DNA from: the human T2T-CHM13v2.0 reference genome, Homo sapiens
Length of the DNA stretch: 64,000 nt
Direction: 5' to 3' (one strand)
NCBI RefSeq assembly: GCF_009914755.1
Contig: NC_060932.1
Shown in pieces: positions 61,640 to 64,000 of this stretch; the first letter of the stretch is position 1; the number at the start of each line of letters is the position of its first letter. The notes beneath the pieces are model-generated. The model ran no database searches. It worked only from the letters and a program-made list of their open reading frames with translations, and had not been told where the DNA came from. Position numbers and translations under genes: made by a program.

Positions 61640-62520
61640 AAAAAGAAAAAACTGAAAAACTGTATTATACTACTGTACATGAAAATTGAGAATTCCTGTC
61701 CCCCAAAAGATACCATTAGAGAGTAAGAAGGCAAGGCACTAGATGGGATAATTCATTTTCCAATAAATATATCCTATAAAGTATTCACATCCAGAAGATT
61801 TTTTTTAAGTATCTGTGAATCAGTGAGAAAAAAATAGACACCCCAATAGAAGAAGTGGGCAAATTACTTGAACAGGCACATGACAAAAGTGGTTACATAA
61901 TTGGCAAATAAATACCATAATGTTATCTTACTGCCCACTACCAGAGGGGTTAAAATGAACGAGTCTGAAAATTTCAACTCTGAAGAGCGAAGAAAGCTCT
62001 TTCACAGGGGTGAGAACGTAAATTGATACAACTGGTTTTGGAAAAAGGTTGTTATGTACAAGCAAAGTAGCATATTTGTATACCCTGTGACATAGAAATT
62101 CAACTTCTCTGTATAAATTCAACAGCTAGGCAGATACATCCGTATCAAAAGACTTGTATAAGAATGTTGATAGTAGCAGTTTCATATTTACTGAAAAACT
62201 AGAAATAATCCAAATGCCCAATAGCAGAATGGAGAAATAGATGGTGGTATATTTCAATGAGAATAAAATGATCTACAGCCACAAGCAGCACCTGAATGAA
62301 TCTCACAACCACAAATATGAGTGAAAGAAGCCAACACAAAAAGAGGAGCTACTGCATGCTTACCTTTATAAATAAGTTCAAAAGCAGGGAAAAATGTATC
62401 CATGTTGTTAAAAGTCAAGAGCAAGGCTACCCTTGACGGAGACGGATATTGACAACAGAGGCTCCGGGAGGCTTCTGGGGTTCTGGAAGTGTTCTTTTTC
62501 CTGATGTGGTCACAGGTTTC
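61640..62520 (+). mobile_element. Old L1M 3' fragment
   Basis: cttgaacaggca, aagaatgttgatagtagcag, ccaaatgccca, tgaatctcac...gagtgaaagaagcc. Confidence 0.75.
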
Positions 62521-62541
62521 ACGGGTGTAATTTTTTAATTA

Positions 62542-62858
<317 letters not shown>

Positions 62859-63702
62859 CAATAAACTATATTTATGATTTGTGCATTCTTCTCAAATTTT
62901 TTTGGTGTAATAATCCATTTAAGCATTATTATAGAATACAGGGCAATAAATGATATGTTACTAGAAGAAAAAAAGACAACAGAAAATCTTCCTAAATTGA
63001 AGTTAGTTTACTACTATCACTTCCTTAAACCCACAGGGCCTGTCATTCTGTCATGGAACCGTTACAATGCGAAGCAAAATTGAAATAATTTGCATGCAAA
63101 CAGTAGGCAAGGTTGATAAGGCATCCTGTGTTGATTCTGCTGATCAATGCTGACAGGTGAGTTAAAGTACTTCTTAGTAACTCCATTTTATTGTTTTATT
63201 TATTTTAATAAGGCAACAATAAAAAATAATAAAGGACCATTAATAATTTAGTAATACATTTTTCTGGGGATAAGAAAGTCTTCGATGGACTTAATTTTTA
63301 AATGACATTTATAAATCACCTAATCGTTTTATTCTAACTGGTGCCAAGAGTGAAAATGCCTGTGCTTCTGCTTATTTCAGTGAGTCTAATTCATCCTAGA
63401 TAAAAGGGAGATCAGGTTAGATACTAAAATGTCAGAGAGAGGGTAAGAGAAACTCACAGCCCTTAAAGGAAACTCTGTGGAAACTGAGACCTTCAGGAAA
63501 ATCAGACATTAATAGAGATGAAGAAAATCAAATTCAGAGACCTGCCATATTTTTAAAATTTTAATATAATGTCTTTGACTGTATTTTATGATAAAATGTG
63601 CGTAACATAAAATTTACAATGGTGTCCATGTTTGAGTATACAGTTCAGTGCCATTAGCTACCATAACATTGTACAAGTATCTCCACCATCCATCTCCAGA
63701 AC

Positions 63703-64000
63703 TTTTTTTTTTGTTTTAGAAACAGGGTCTTGCTCTGTTGCTCTGGCTGGAGTGCAGCGGCACAATCATGGCTCACTACAGCCTCAACCTCCTAGGCTCC
63801 AGAAACCCTCCCACTTCAGCCACCTGGGTAGCTGGACTACAGATGCATGCCACTGTGCCTGGCTATTTTTTTATTTTTTTTATTATTATTTTTTTGAGAC
63901 AGAGTCTCGCTCTATTGCCCAGGCTGGAGTGCAGTGGCGCGATCTCAGCTCACTGCAAGCTCCGCCTCCCGGGTTCACGCCATTCTCCTGCCTCAGCCTC
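63703..64000 (-). mobile_element. AluJ right monomer followed by an AluY 3' part (cut by the window end)
   Basis: Reverse Alu pieces separated by a T-rich tail. Confidence 0.85.

Noticed and set aside
63140-63165. Donor-like CAG|GTGAGT on the + strand
   Set aside because: No convincing upstream acceptor or ORF; such motifs occur by chance in 64 kb

Overview
Primate (very probably human or great-ape) non-coding euchromatin, densely populated by about 50 Alu copies or fragments (J, S and Y types), old L1M and L2/MIR pieces, ERV1/ERVL/MaLR solo LTRs (MER41, MER31, MLT1, MLT2) and DNA-transposon fossils (MER58, MER30, Tigger4). I can support no protein-coding exon, RNA gene or CpG-island promoter, and the ORF track is mostly Alu-derived or low-complexity noise. 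I found no new biological system. The most notable structure is a ~1.17 kb inverted duplication (37191-38363 / 40271-41444) around a 1.9 kb spacer. Its core is about 99% identical but its outer part only about 92%, which suggests recent gene conversion and a possible inversion polymorphism, and each arm carries the same candidate 110-nt exon. Other points of interest: a short young processed retrocopy of an mRNA 3' end with poly(A) and TSD (18219-18592), a twin-primed 5'-inverted L1PA, a tailless Alu with a perfect 15-bp TSD, left-right-right Alu trimers, and a MER41B-type LTR retaining one GAS motif. Repeat subfamily names come from recalled consensus sequences and identities were counted by eye; both need RepeatMasker/alignment confirmation.
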